Source: the human T2T-CHM13v2.0 reference genome, Homo sapiens
Length of the DNA: 64,000 nt
Strand: one strand, 5' to 3'
NCBI RefSeq assembly: GCF_009914755.1
Contig: NC_060927.1
Below, piece by piece: positions 45,310 through 64,000 of this stretch. The position numbers were made by a program, and so were the translations under genes. Position 1 is the stretch's first letter. Every line of letters begins with the position of its first letter. Below the pieces are notes generated by a model. The model was not told the DNA's origin and searched no databases. It saw nothing but the letters and a program-made list of their open reading frames with translations.

Positions 45310-46174
45310 AACACTGGAGTCATAAAACTTCAGATTAAAAGAAAAACTGCAGAACATAAAACAAAACCCACCTGCAGCTCAGGGCTGGCCTGCAGGCCGC
45401 CTGTGACTGGTGCAATTTCCCACCTGTGCTGCCCGTGACCATGGTAAGTCTCCACTGCACACCCCACGGACACAGTCTCAGTCTGTGGCTGCAGCCCCGA
45501 GTGTCACAGAGGTCCCTCCCCATTGCCAGGGCTGTCTGACCCTGAGTCTGTGAGCTCCTGTGGGACAGGCGTCAGCTTCTTGACCTGGTTTTCCTTCATA
45601 ACTGCTCTCTGAGGGTAGTGGCTGGCCAGAGATCCTTTGCCGAATGGATCCTGGAATCCAGCCCTGGTCCCTAGGCCTCTCCCCACTAGAGCTACTTGTC
45701 ATTGGCAGGCTGGCCACCAGGCCATGCTCTTCTTCCCTTGACTTTCTGTCCCAGGCCTGGAAGGAAGCATCCAGAAGACTCCTCCTAGCACCACAGGACC
45801 CAGAGAGCAAGACAACAGAGCAGCAGGGTCACACCCTGGCTTGCAGGGCCAGCTTCTGGCAACTGCCACAGGCCTGCCACACTCAGCCGTAGGTTCCCAA
45901 ACGCAGCCCAGAACAGCTGCAACTCCTTCTTGGGCCTCCTCTGACTGGTCTATGTGCTAACTAGCAACCTGCCTCTGTCCACAACCCAGCACCCCATGTA
46001 GACACAGCAGCTCAGAGGTCTCACTGTTCCTGGGAGCCCCTGCCTCCTCCAGACCTCAGCCCTGCCTGCCTCCAGAGGGGACAGTAGAATTACAACTTCC
46101 TCCAGGAAACATATTCACAAACATACTAGAAGGGCCAGGTGGAAGAGCAGTTCTGCTGGCTTTGGGCCTTGATG

Positions 46175-46654
46175 TGTTGCGGGATTTTTAAGGAATCAGA
46201 GAGACCAATGGGGCTCAGGAGGATATTTATTAATTACTTAGGTGCACCGGCCCAGTCGGATTAACATCCAAAGGACTGAGCCCCAAACGAAGAGTTAACT
46301 TTTAAGCATTTTGTGGGTTGGGGGAGATTTGTGCAGGGGAAATACTACAGAAGTGAGAAACAAAGACAGTTATTCAATTGAAACATGCATTACATGATTT
46401 CTTACTTTTCTAGGAAAACGTGTTTTGCAACTTGAGTTTATCTGTCTAGTGACCTTGCAGCTGCACAGCTAGGGAAACAGGGTCTTCACAATGCCTGGGA
46501 AAGGAGGAGAGATAAGGCTCAACAGCCACAGAAAAACAGGCAGTTAATTTTAAAGGACTCCAGCTCTTTCTCTTTCTCAGAGGGAATTAGGTTTTCTTAC
46601 ATACAACTGAGTTTCTGCTTACACATTCTTTAATTTCTTTTAATTCCTGTTCCA
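46175..46654 (-). mobile_element. ERV1-class solo LTR (subfamily uncertain, LTR6-like)
   Basis: TG...CA ends, perfect TSD gatg at 46171-46174 and 46655-46658, minus-strand AATAAA. Confidence 0.75.
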
Positions 46655-47455
46655 GATGAAGAAAGAAGGGATTTCTTTTCCCACACAGAAACACCCCAAG
46701 CAGGAACAGAAACAGATCTTTTGTGCCCACCAATATGTGTCTGTCTTGCCCAGCCTGTCATTGTCCAGGGCTGTGGGTAGTGGAGGAGCCACTGGTTCTT
46801 GACTAGTTCTGCAGAAGCCCTGGGTCAAAGGCCTCCGCTGACAGCATCCAGAAGTGTGTGCTTCTCCATCCTGGCCACACTCTCAAATCACTGGGTAAGC
46901 CTTCAACACACCAGTGGTTCTCTCAGTCCAAGGAAATCCATGGTGCTGAAGATGGGGCCTAGGCATGAAGTTTTCTTAAAGCTCCAGCTCTCTAGTGAGT
47001 TTCCTGCCTTGGCACTCCCGGAGGCATTGCCTGGGCAACTCAGGGGCCTGCAGCCCTACCCAAGGCAGAGCTCCAGGGACTTGCGGGGTCAAAGGTGCCT
47101 GGGCAAGCTTCCCAGCATCCCAGTTTCCACACTGGCCACAGGGGTGAGAGCGACTGAGGTTGTGAAGAAAGGAAGGCCACTGACTTTCCAGGCCCTGCTC
47201 CACTGGGGAGGGGGGTGCCTGGGGGGCTTCTCTGCACTCTTTGTCTACAGCTTCCTTCAGCAGCAAAGCTGGCTGGAGTTGCCAGGGGATGCTTGCACAG
47301 CCTTACGGACCAAGAAATGAGTCCTAACTCACGTGTCCTCCCATACTGAGTAAAAATCTCTGGCCCCCACCATGATTCAGAGCCTGAAGTTCCAGAAACT
47401 CAGGAGGCTCAGCACCAGAACTCAGGAGCTCTCAGCCTGGGTGGACCCCTGGGTT

Positions 47456-49010
<1,555 letters not shown>

Positions 49011-49054
49011 AACCAATCAATCTTACTGAAGGAACTGTAACAAGACCTAAAATA

Positions 49055-49772
49055 GTATCATGGGCGGAATGTTTATGTTCCTCCAAAATTCCTGTGCTGA
49101 AGCCCTAACCTTCGGGTGGCTGTGTTTGGAATAAGGAAGGCAGGAAGGTTAAATGATGTTACAAGGTGGGGCCCTGATCTGAGATAATTTGTGTCCTTAT
49201 AAGAAGAGGGCCTTATACGAAGAGGTGACACCAGGGCGGGTGCGGTGGTTCACGCCTGTAATCCCAACACTTTGGGAGGCCAAGGCGGGTGGATCACCTG
49301 AGGTCAAGAATTCGAGACCAGCCTGGCCAACATGGCGAAACCCCGTCTCTCCTACAAATACAAAAATAGCCGGGCGTGGTGGTGGGTGCCTGTAATCCCA
49401 GCTACTCGGGAGGCTGAGGTAGGAGAATTGTTAGAACCCTGGGGGCGGGGGTTGCAGTGAGCCAAGATGGCGCCACTGCACTCCCGCCTGGGCGACAGAG
49501 TGAGACTCCATCTCAAAAAAAAAAGAAGAAGTGACACCAGAGACACCTTGCTCATGTGTCCTCTCTCTGTGCACACAGCGGAAAGGGCATGGGAGAACAC
49601 AGTGAGAAGACAGCAGTCTGAGAGCCCGGAAGAGCGCCCTCACCAGAAACCAAATGTGTCAGCACCTTGCTCAGGGACTTCCAGCCTCCGGAACTGTGAG
49701 GAAACAAAATGTCTGTTTTGGAGCCGCCCAGGCTGTGGGGTTTTGGTAAGGCAGCCTGAGCAGACTAATGCA
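49055..49772 (+). mobile_element. MaLR LTR (MLT1A/MST-like) with nested Alu at 49234-49524
   Basis: End ggcagcctgagcagactaatgca. Alu TSD gaaga(g/a)gtgacacca. Confidence 0.7.
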
Positions 49773-49902
49773 ACAGCCTCAACAAAACTGCAATCGATGA
49801 GAAAAAAACAGTGGGCTTGAAGAAAAAAATGAATTCCAGTCAAAATCTCAACAGTTTCATTTGGGAGGTGAGATGAGAGAGGAAACAGGTGGGAAAAGAG
49901 AG

Positions 49903-50053
49903 GTAAAAGGCTCGGTTAGTCTCGGGGCTGGAGAAGGTCAAGGTAGTGGACAGAGGCCCCCGGCTGCCGCCGCGGGTTCCGCGACGCTGACCGTGTATGT
50001 GACCCAAGAGACTTCTTCACCAAGGCCAGCACGGCCGGGGACCCGGATTTCAC
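49903..50053 (-). pseudogene. Unprocessed NUP210 exon copy (downstream exon, frameshifted and 3'-truncated)
   Basis: tctctcccag|VKSGSPAVLALVKK.. then TYTVSVAEPAA.. then [17 protein letters not shown]. Matches recalled NUP210 VKSGSPAVLAF...[26 protein letters not shown]. Confidence 0.8.
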
Positions 50054-50208
50054 CTGGGAGAGACATTAGAGCTGGGGGTGCACATTCTGCAGAGTAGAGG
50101 GACCACTGAGTGGCCCATCTCTGGAAGCACCCCCGCTTCAGCCTTACATGCTGGGCTTTCCTCCTGGGGCCTAAGGAGTACGGGTGGGGACCCCTGCCCA
50201 GGTCACAC

Positions 50209-51480
50209 TGAGAGGGTGACAGCATACTGGCAGCCCTTGCAGCCCTCGCTCACTCTCGGCGCCTCCTCGGCCTTGGCGCCCACTCTGGCCGCGCTTGAGG
50301 AGCCCTTCAGCCCACCGCTGCACTGTGGGAGCGCCTTTCTGGGCTGGCCAAGGCCGGAGCCGGCTCCCTCGGCTTGCGGGGAGGTGTGGAGGGAGAGGCA
50401 CGGGGCGGGAACCCGGGCTGCCCGTGCGCTTGGGGGCCAGCTAGAGTTCCGGGTGGGCGTGGGCTTGGCGGGCCCCGCACTCGGAGCTGCTGGCCGGCCG
50501 CAAGCCCCGGACAGTGAGGGGCTTAGCACCTGGGCCAGCAGGTGCTGTGCTCGATTTCTCGCGGAGCCTTAGCTGCCTCCCAGCGGGGCAGGGCTTGGGA
50601 CCTGCAGCCCTCCATGCCTGAGCCTCCCCGCCCCCCGCTGTGGGCTGCTGCGCGGCCCGAGCCTCCCGGACGAGCGCCGCTCCCTGCTCCACCGCGCCCA
50701 GTCCCATCGACCACCCAAGGGCTGAGGAGTGCGGGCACACAGGCGCCGGACTGGCAGGCACCTCCACCTGTGGCCCCGGTGCGGGATCCACTGGGTGAAG
50801 CCAGCTGGGCTCCTGAGTCTGGTGGGGACTTGGAGAATCTTTATGTCTAGCTAAGGGATTGTAAATACACCAATCTGCACCCTGTGTCTAGCTCAGGGTT
50901 TGTGAATGCACCAATAGGCACTCTGTATCTAGTTAATCTGTTGGGGACTTGGAGAATCTTTATGTCTAGCTAAGGGATTGTGAATGCACCAATCGGCACT
51001 CTGTATCTAGCTCAAGGTTTGTAAATGCACCAATCAGCACCCTATCAAAATGGACCAATCAGCTCTCTGTAAAACAGACCAATCGGCTCTCTGTAAAATG
51101 GACCAATCAGCAGGATGTGGGTGGGGCCAGATAAGAGAATAAAAGCAGGCTTCCGGAGCCAGCAGTGGGAACTCGCTTAAGGTCCCTTTGCGGGTTGTGG
51201 AATGTTTGTTCTTTTACTTTTTGCACTTAAATTATGCTGCTGCTTAATGTTGGGGTCCACACTGCTTTTGCTGAGCTGTGAGACTTACCATGAAGGCCTG
51301 CAGCTTCACTCCTCAGCCAGTGAGACCAGGAACCTACCAGAAGAAAGAAACTCCAAACGCATCTGAAGGTCGGAAGGAGCAAACTCTGGACACGCTGCTT
51401 TTAAGAACTGTAACACCATGAGGGTCTGCGGCTTCATTCTTGAAACCAGTGAGATCAAGAACCCACCAATTACAAACACA
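50209..51480 (+). mobile_element. LTR12 (ERV9) solo LTR, CpG-rich long form
   Basis: tgagagggtgacagc... start, tandem CCAAT repeats at 50870-51110, AATAAAA TATA-like box at ~51138, perfect TSD acac. Confidence 0.92.
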
Positions 51481-52128
51481 ACACCTCAACAACACCTCAT
51501 GAGCAGGTAAGGACACCTGGGCACTGCTCAGGGACGGCATGTAGTCTGCAGAGTTGGGAAGCTCTGTCTATACTAAGGGTGTTTTTTGAGGGAAGGGCAA
51601 ATTGATATGAATGTCGGAATCAAATTCAAGCTCCTTCAATTCTAATCGAGTGCTGCTTTAAAAAAAGCTGGACCAACATGAAGTATCACCAAGCACTACC
51701 TCTGTAAGGCAGCAGCCCGAGCTCTGCTCATGGCTGGTCTCCAGCAGCTGCCAGCGGGCTGGCCCTCCTCCCTCATCAGCCATGCTGAGCATTCCCTGCC
51801 TTTTCGGGAGAACACGCGGTCACGCGGGCTGCAGTAAGGCAGGAGGAAGGAGCAGGCGGAAATGCTGAGGAACTCCTTGGTTCTCTCACCCCAGAACTCT
51901 TCCCAGCCTGCCAGGCTCTGGGCCTGAGGGATCATTCACCCACCAATCCCACCCCGTGACTTAGTCATGGAGGAAGTGAGGCCTGGAGAGAGGGGACTTG
52001 TCCCAGCAGGGATTAGGGCTTTCTTCCCTGCTGTGTGGCAGACGCTCCTGCACCGAATTCTGCCATGCCACGCACCACATGCTCACTGGCGCCTTTTTTG
52101 GGTTCTCAGTGCTGCCCCCACAAGCTTA

Positions 52129-52812
<684 letters not shown>

Positions 52813-54699
52813 TTACATGTTCAAAACCTACAATTAAGCCCCCAAGGAGGAACAAAAACTCAAACTGTAACTTGTCTTCCTATCCATCCACCGTCACCAG
52901 ACAGCAGCAGCTTAATGTAGAGGTGGAATGGGTCACTGCAGCCACAGCACACAGCCACCTGGGGACATGGCCTTAGAAGGCCAGGGCTCTGCCTTACAGG
53001 GAGCGGTGCATGCTGTGAGCCAGAGACCACCACGTGGTGCTGTCTCCTCCCCAGCAGGGGTCTGCAGCTGGGGGTGCAGGTGGCAGGGGCTCCTCTCATG
53101 CTCTTACCTAGTAACCCTTGCACGGAATGTTTGCTTCCTGCCCCAGAAACTTTGAGTTCTGCTTGTTTGGAGGTCTTAGTTTCTACGAGGGAATGCTTCC
53201 CCAGAGGAAATCTGGCATGGTTCCAGTGCATTGGAAGATGAGACTTTCCCCTGGCCATGTGGGGCTCCCCAGGCCACTGAAGCAATGGGAGGCAAAAGGG
53301 TTTCTCTACTAGCTGGAGAGAGTGATCCCAGTCACCAAGGCTTTGCTACGCAATGGGGACAAGAACCCAGGGGCTTCTCTGGTATATCCATACCCAATGG
53401 TAATGGCTCGTGGGAAATTCTAGCAGCCAAAAAAGGACAGTTGAAGAATCAGAGTCCTTAGGAATGATGGTTTCAGTCACACCCCACATAGGAGAAACTT
53501 GAGGCCAGGTGCAGTGGATTCATGCCCGTAATCCCGGCACTTCAGGAGGCCAAGGTGGGCAGATCACTTGAGCCCAGGAGTTCAAGGTTACAGTGAGCCA
53601 TGATTTTGCCACTGCACTTCAGCCTGGGTGACGGTTTCTCTATAAAACCAATTTTAAAGAAACTTGACCGGCTTAGGTCTGTATGAGGGCAGGGGACAAT
53701 GGAATGGGTTTGGGAAGAAGGAAGCCACAGACATTACCCACAGCTGTGCCTTCCATTAGCAAAGGGAGGGCTGCAGTAGCTTTACTCACTTTCACTTTCC
53801 CGGTTACACACGTGTTAGTTGGTTTGTGCTATTTCCTTCTTTCCATTTTTCACTTTCTATACAGGTGTCGATAGGTAACGTTACAATTTAGTCTTCAGGG
53901 AACAGAATATTCAGCAGCGCTGTGATGGAATCTGAGGAGTCACTCAGAGCCCCGCCCCCCCACCACCCCATACACAGTGACTGAGGGACTGTGCCTCATT
54001 GTGGGCAAGGGGTGAGAAAACCCCTTCGTGATCTGAAGTGTGGCTGTATCTTGGGAGGTGGAAACACAAGGCTGCTTGCTTGTTCTGAATTTCACATGTG
54101 CGTGGAAGGTGCATGTGGAAGCTGAGTGTCATATGGTAGCTGGGTTAGAGCCTTTTTGTCTCTCAGCTCCAAAGCCACTGTTCACCGCCTTGCTCTGTGA
54201 TCATGGCATTGGACTTTGTCAATGTTCTCCTCTGCCAGTTAGCAGAGGTGACACTGGGGGTGCTACGGGAAGAAGGGGCATCCCTCCTGGTTGCACTGGG
54301 CAGCGCTCTCTTCCCATCTGCAGCTGCCGTGGGCAAGCAGGGTTCCATGGGGGTGACTTCCCACATGCAATGCCCTGTCTGCCAGCACCCGAGGGACGTC
54401 CTGCTTGCCAGTCCTGTCTCACATTCCCATGCCTGCCAGCCCCAGCCTGCTGGCTGCAGCAACTGCCATCTGGGGCATCTGACACGGTCTCCGCCATTCC
54501 AAGGGCTGCTTCCACTCCTCCAGTGAGAGCGAGCCTCGGGACCAGAGGAACGGCCCAAACAACCCTGAGTGTGATGAGAAACCATTGTTACCGTGGCTCT
54601 AAGCTAGGAAGTTTTGCGGTGTTTGGCTTTGTAGCAAAAGGTAACTGACACCCCTTTTATTTAGGGGTCTGCCCTTTCTCCAGTGATTTGTCACGCCAT

Positions 54700-58230
<3,531 letters not shown>

Positions 58231-58874
58231 GTTTTGCTTTGTGGTCTGGGGTAGATGGAATGTATTTGTAGTCTATACCCTAGCTATGACTCACTTTATG
58301 GCAGGGAACACTTCTCCACCCTCTGACGCTGGGCTGGGCATGGAGCAAAGTGGTCAATGGGATTGTGGTGCACCTGGCGTGAGCAAAGGTGTGCTATGTG
58401 CTTGGGGCCAGGCTCATGCTCCTGCACTCCAGCCTATTGCCATGACCAGGACAGGCCTCGACCGGTGGGGTCAGGAGAATGAGGGATATGTGGAGCAGTC
58501 CTAGACCCCCTATGGCTCAGACTGACCCAGTTCTAGACCAGGGGAACCCCGTGCATCTGCAGATGGGGGCTGAGAAATCAGTGCTTGTTTCCTGCACACT
58601 TTGGGGTTGCCAGAGAACTAGGGTGGCGGTAGCTTATGGATACAAGGTCTTCAAAGACCTTTCTCTTAGCAGGGGAGCTAGGTATACTTGCATTTTGATG
58701 TAGCTGGTGTCTTTGGTTTGTTCTGGAAGGTTGTTTGCCGTTGTGAATTCACTATGTGGAGTATGGCGTCCTCGTGTGGCTTTCATTCTGAAGACTGGTC
58801 TGTTCCACTCTCCCTTTTTGGCTTGGTTATTTTTTTTTTCTGTATTTAGGAAGGCTTTATTTTTGTTCTGGAGC

Positions 58875-59439
58875 TGTATTAGTCAGTGTTCTCCAGAGAA
58901 AACTGAACAAATAGGACAAACACACACTCACACACTCATGAGGGGATTTATTGTGGGAATTGATTGGTTCATGCCCTTCAGGAGGCCAGGAAGCCCCAGG
59001 ATATGCCAGTGGCAAGCTGGAAAACCGGAAAGCCCATGGTGCAATTCAGTTCGAGTCCAAAGGCCTAAGAACCAGAACAGCTGGTGGTGTCCCTCTCAGT
59101 CCCAGGCCACAGGCCTGAGAACCTGGGGGCTTCTGGTTTAAGACATGGGGTCCAGAGGCCCAAGAACCTGGAGTTCTCATACGCAAGGGCAGGAGAAGGT
59201 GGATGTCCCAGGTCAAGCATAGAACAAATTTCCCCTCCTTCCTCCTGTTGGTTGTATCTGGGCCTCAGCAGATTGAAGCAGGCTTGCTCACACTGGCGCG
59301 GGTGGCCCTCAGTCAGTCCACTGGGTCAAGTGCTCATCTCTTCCAGAACCCCCCCACAGAAACACGAGAAATCACGTTCTCCCTGCTCCCTGGACATCCC
59401 TTAGCCTAGTCAAGCTCACTGCTAAAATGAGCCATCACA
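58875..59439. mobile_element. MLT2-type (ERVL) LTR
   Basis: Termini tgtattagtcagtgttctccagaga...gccatcaca. Confidence 0.7.
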
Positions 59440-59919
59440 AGGGCTGCCTTGGTAATAGTGACTTCTGCTAATGCCCACGGTGCCCGCTTTTCCTAACTGG
59501 CCTTGTGCTATCATTGAGCACTGTCAGCTGCAATAAAATCACCCGACTCTCACCTGCTAACAGTGCAGCAGCGGATCGGCTGACTGCCTTTCCCTTTCTC
59601 TTCCTTCTCTTCCAGTTTTTTGAATGCGTGGGTGCTTTTCTGGGTTTGGTAGTGCAATCATGCCCTCTTGCGCTGCTAAGGTGAATTGCAGTTCCCGTAA
59701 TAAAAGATACTTTTAGGTGGGCTTGGTGAATCTTTGACAGCATCTCTGTGATGAGGCCCCCCTCTTAGCTGCTTCTTTCTTGCCCTTCATCACCAAAGCT
59801 CCCGGACACCCTTGCGAGGTGCTTCTGGCCCGATGGCCTGTCCAAGTGCTTCCTGTAGCTCTTGCTTAGTAGGCTGCCTTTCTCCTCTCAGGGCGGCTCC
59901 CTCCTCCTGCTCTGTGCAT

Positions 59920-60610
59920 CGCGCCTCCACAGGGACCACCCATTTCCTCCGGCTGTGCATCCCCCACTGGCTGCCCCTGGCACCCACCCAGGACCTCCAC
60001 GGGGACCCCCTCATTCCTTTCCGCTGTGTACCCCCCACCCCTGCACCCCCCCCAGGACCTCCACAGGGACCTTCTATCCCCTCCAGCTGTGCACCCCCCC
60101 CACCCCACCCAGGACCTCCAAGGGGACCCTCACCTCCTCCAGCTACACATGCCCCCCTGCCCCTGCATCCCACCCAGGACCTCCATGGGGACTCCCCACC
60201 CCGTCCATCTGTGCAGCCCCCTGCCCTTGCACCCTACCCAGAACCTCCATGAGGACCCCCTCAATCCCCTCCCACTGTGCATCCTCCCCTGCCCCTGCAC
60301 CCCCCCACAACCTCCACAGGGACTCCCCACCCTCTCCTGCTGTGCAACCCCCACCCCTGTACCCCCCTGACAACCTCCACAGGGACCCTCCACCCTCTCC
60401 CATTGTGCACCCCCCCACCCCTTCACCCCACCCACAACCTCCACAGGGACCCCCACCCTCTCCCACTGTGTACCCCCCTGTACCCCACCCACAACCTCCA
60501 CAGAGACTCTCCACCCTCTCCCACTGTGCACCCCCCCAACCCCTGCACCCCACGCACAACCTCCACAGGGACCCCCACCCTCTCCCACTGTGTACCCCCC
60601 TGCCCCTGCA
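59920..60610 (+). repeat. C-rich minisatellite, ~11 units of ~57-69 bp
   Basis: Recurring cctcca(c)aggga...ccactgtgcacccc motif. Confidence 0.9.
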
Positions 60611-60754
60611 TCTCACCGGCAAGTGATTCTACATCAACTCTGCTGCTCTAAGATGTTGATTTTCCCACTGACCTTTAAGTGAATTTTGTGGTTCTTGCTC
60701 TTTCCCAAACACAGTGTAGGTCTGACAGCTATAGGTGACTGTTTCTTTGCTTTG

Positions 60755-62795
<2,041 letters not shown>

Positions 62796-64000
62796 TGGGG
62801 AATAGACAGGGGTCCCCCCAGGAAGGCCAGTGCCAAGGCAGGGAGCTCTAGTCCAGGAGAGAGACATGAGGGCCTGCAGTGGGGTGAGACGTGAAGAGAC
62901 TCAGATGGATTCCAGAAGAAGCAGGAGGCACAAATCAAGAGTTCGGGGAAAGACGGACAGGACACCAGGGAGAAAGTCACGAGCAACCCCAGGTCCTGGT
63001 TTAAATAGGTCAATGGTGATGTCATTCACCAGGACAGGGAACAGAGGAGAGGACCGGGTTTCCGCTGCATGGGGCTATACGGTGAAGAACATGGTCATGG
63101 AGGGCTTGCAGGGCTGGGCTGTCAGAAACACCAAGGGGACATGGGTGCCCAGAGTAGAGGTCTGGGCTGGAGATGACATGTGGAAGCCAGGGGCATGGAG
63201 AAGGTGGACTGAAACCGTGGGCTTGTGTGAGGGTGCCTCAGGAGAGGGGAAAGGGAGGAAGAGGGCTTGGACTTGACCTAAGCCACACACGAGCTCCGTG
63301 GAGGAGGACTGGCCTGCACAGGAGACTGAAGGAGTCTCCAGAGAGCAGAAAGGGCACATGGCCCAGAGGTGCCCGGGAACCAGCATTTCAAGGAGGCAGG
63401 CACGAACAGTCACAGCTGCCGAGGGGTCAGGGAAGCTAAACATGTTCCTGGGATTCGGTGGCACAGAAGTCACATGCAGCCAGGGAGGAGGAAGAACCAT
63501 GATCTCAAGGTCTGAGTCAGGTGTCTCCCAGCCAGACTTAAGTGTTAAGGGAAGTGGGGGGGATGAGCAAACCGGTTTCCATACGTTTTTTAATTATGTC
63601 AGTGATCGGTATTCTCAAAGACCAGCTGCTGCTGGTGGTGTGACCTGAACCCCTGCCTCTTCCAGCCATCCATTCATTTTCAGATAGATGCATGCCGACA
63701 AGCCCAGTCCTGGGGCTGTCACTGGACACACACAGGCGGATCATGCAGCTCACAATCTCAGGGCAGGGGGAGACAAACACAATCCCCAGAAGATCACCGC
63801 CTCGGAGCCCTGGCCTAGCTCACCTACCTCCAGCAGCTCCTGGGCTGTAGATCTGCGTAGTAAAAATCAAACCCTGAGGCAGAACCGGGTATTTCAGGGA
63901 ATTTTTGTACCCAGCTTCTCTTGAAGGGCCCCTGAATAGTCTGTAAAAGGGATGGACGCCCAGTTGCAGAAACAGGCATTGTGCAAGGCACTTGTGTGTG

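Noticed and set aside
50820-51110. Regularly spaced short repeats (CRISPR-like appearance)
   Set aside because: These are the standard LTR12 U3 tandem repeats; there are no unique spacers and the DNA is eukaryotic.
59790-60651. Pro/His/Gly-rich ORFs up to 254 aa
   Set aside because: Translations of the minisatellite.

Overview
Human (hominoid) genomic DNA; the CAND2–RPL32 pair places it at 3p25.2. The first ~9.2 kb is ordinary: the last coding exon and 3' UTR of CAND2 (+) meet the complete RPL32 gene (-) tail to tail. RPL32 has 4 exons, encodes 135 aa, has a 5'TOP promoter and hosts SNORA7A in intron 1. In the remaining ~55 kb I find no intact protein-coding gene; it is a mosaic of duplicated gene relics and retroelements. 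The relics are an unprocessed IFT122 exon with a 4-bp frameshift (18.2 kb), a four-unit ~1.7-kb tandem array plus two more fragments of an intronless MARK/SMOK-like kinase pseudogene (24.6-38.8 kb), and two consecutive NUP210 exons with intact splice sites (49.9-52.5 kb). A GC-rich promoter-like block occurs three times, two copies keeping a palindromic RFX X-box-like motif, and a ~4-kb internal duplication carries copy-specific LTR/Alu insertions. Retroelements include a full-length SVA, a full-length THE1 with a nested MER51-like LTR, LTR12, LTR13, other solo LTRs and many Alus, plus a C-rich VNTR. The best interpretation (inference) is that this is a duplication hub at the 3p25/3q21 evolutionary rearrangement breakpoint carrying a decayed, once-amplified sperm-kinase cluster. 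Repeat subfamily names and parent-gene matches are from recall of consensus and protein sequences and were not computed.
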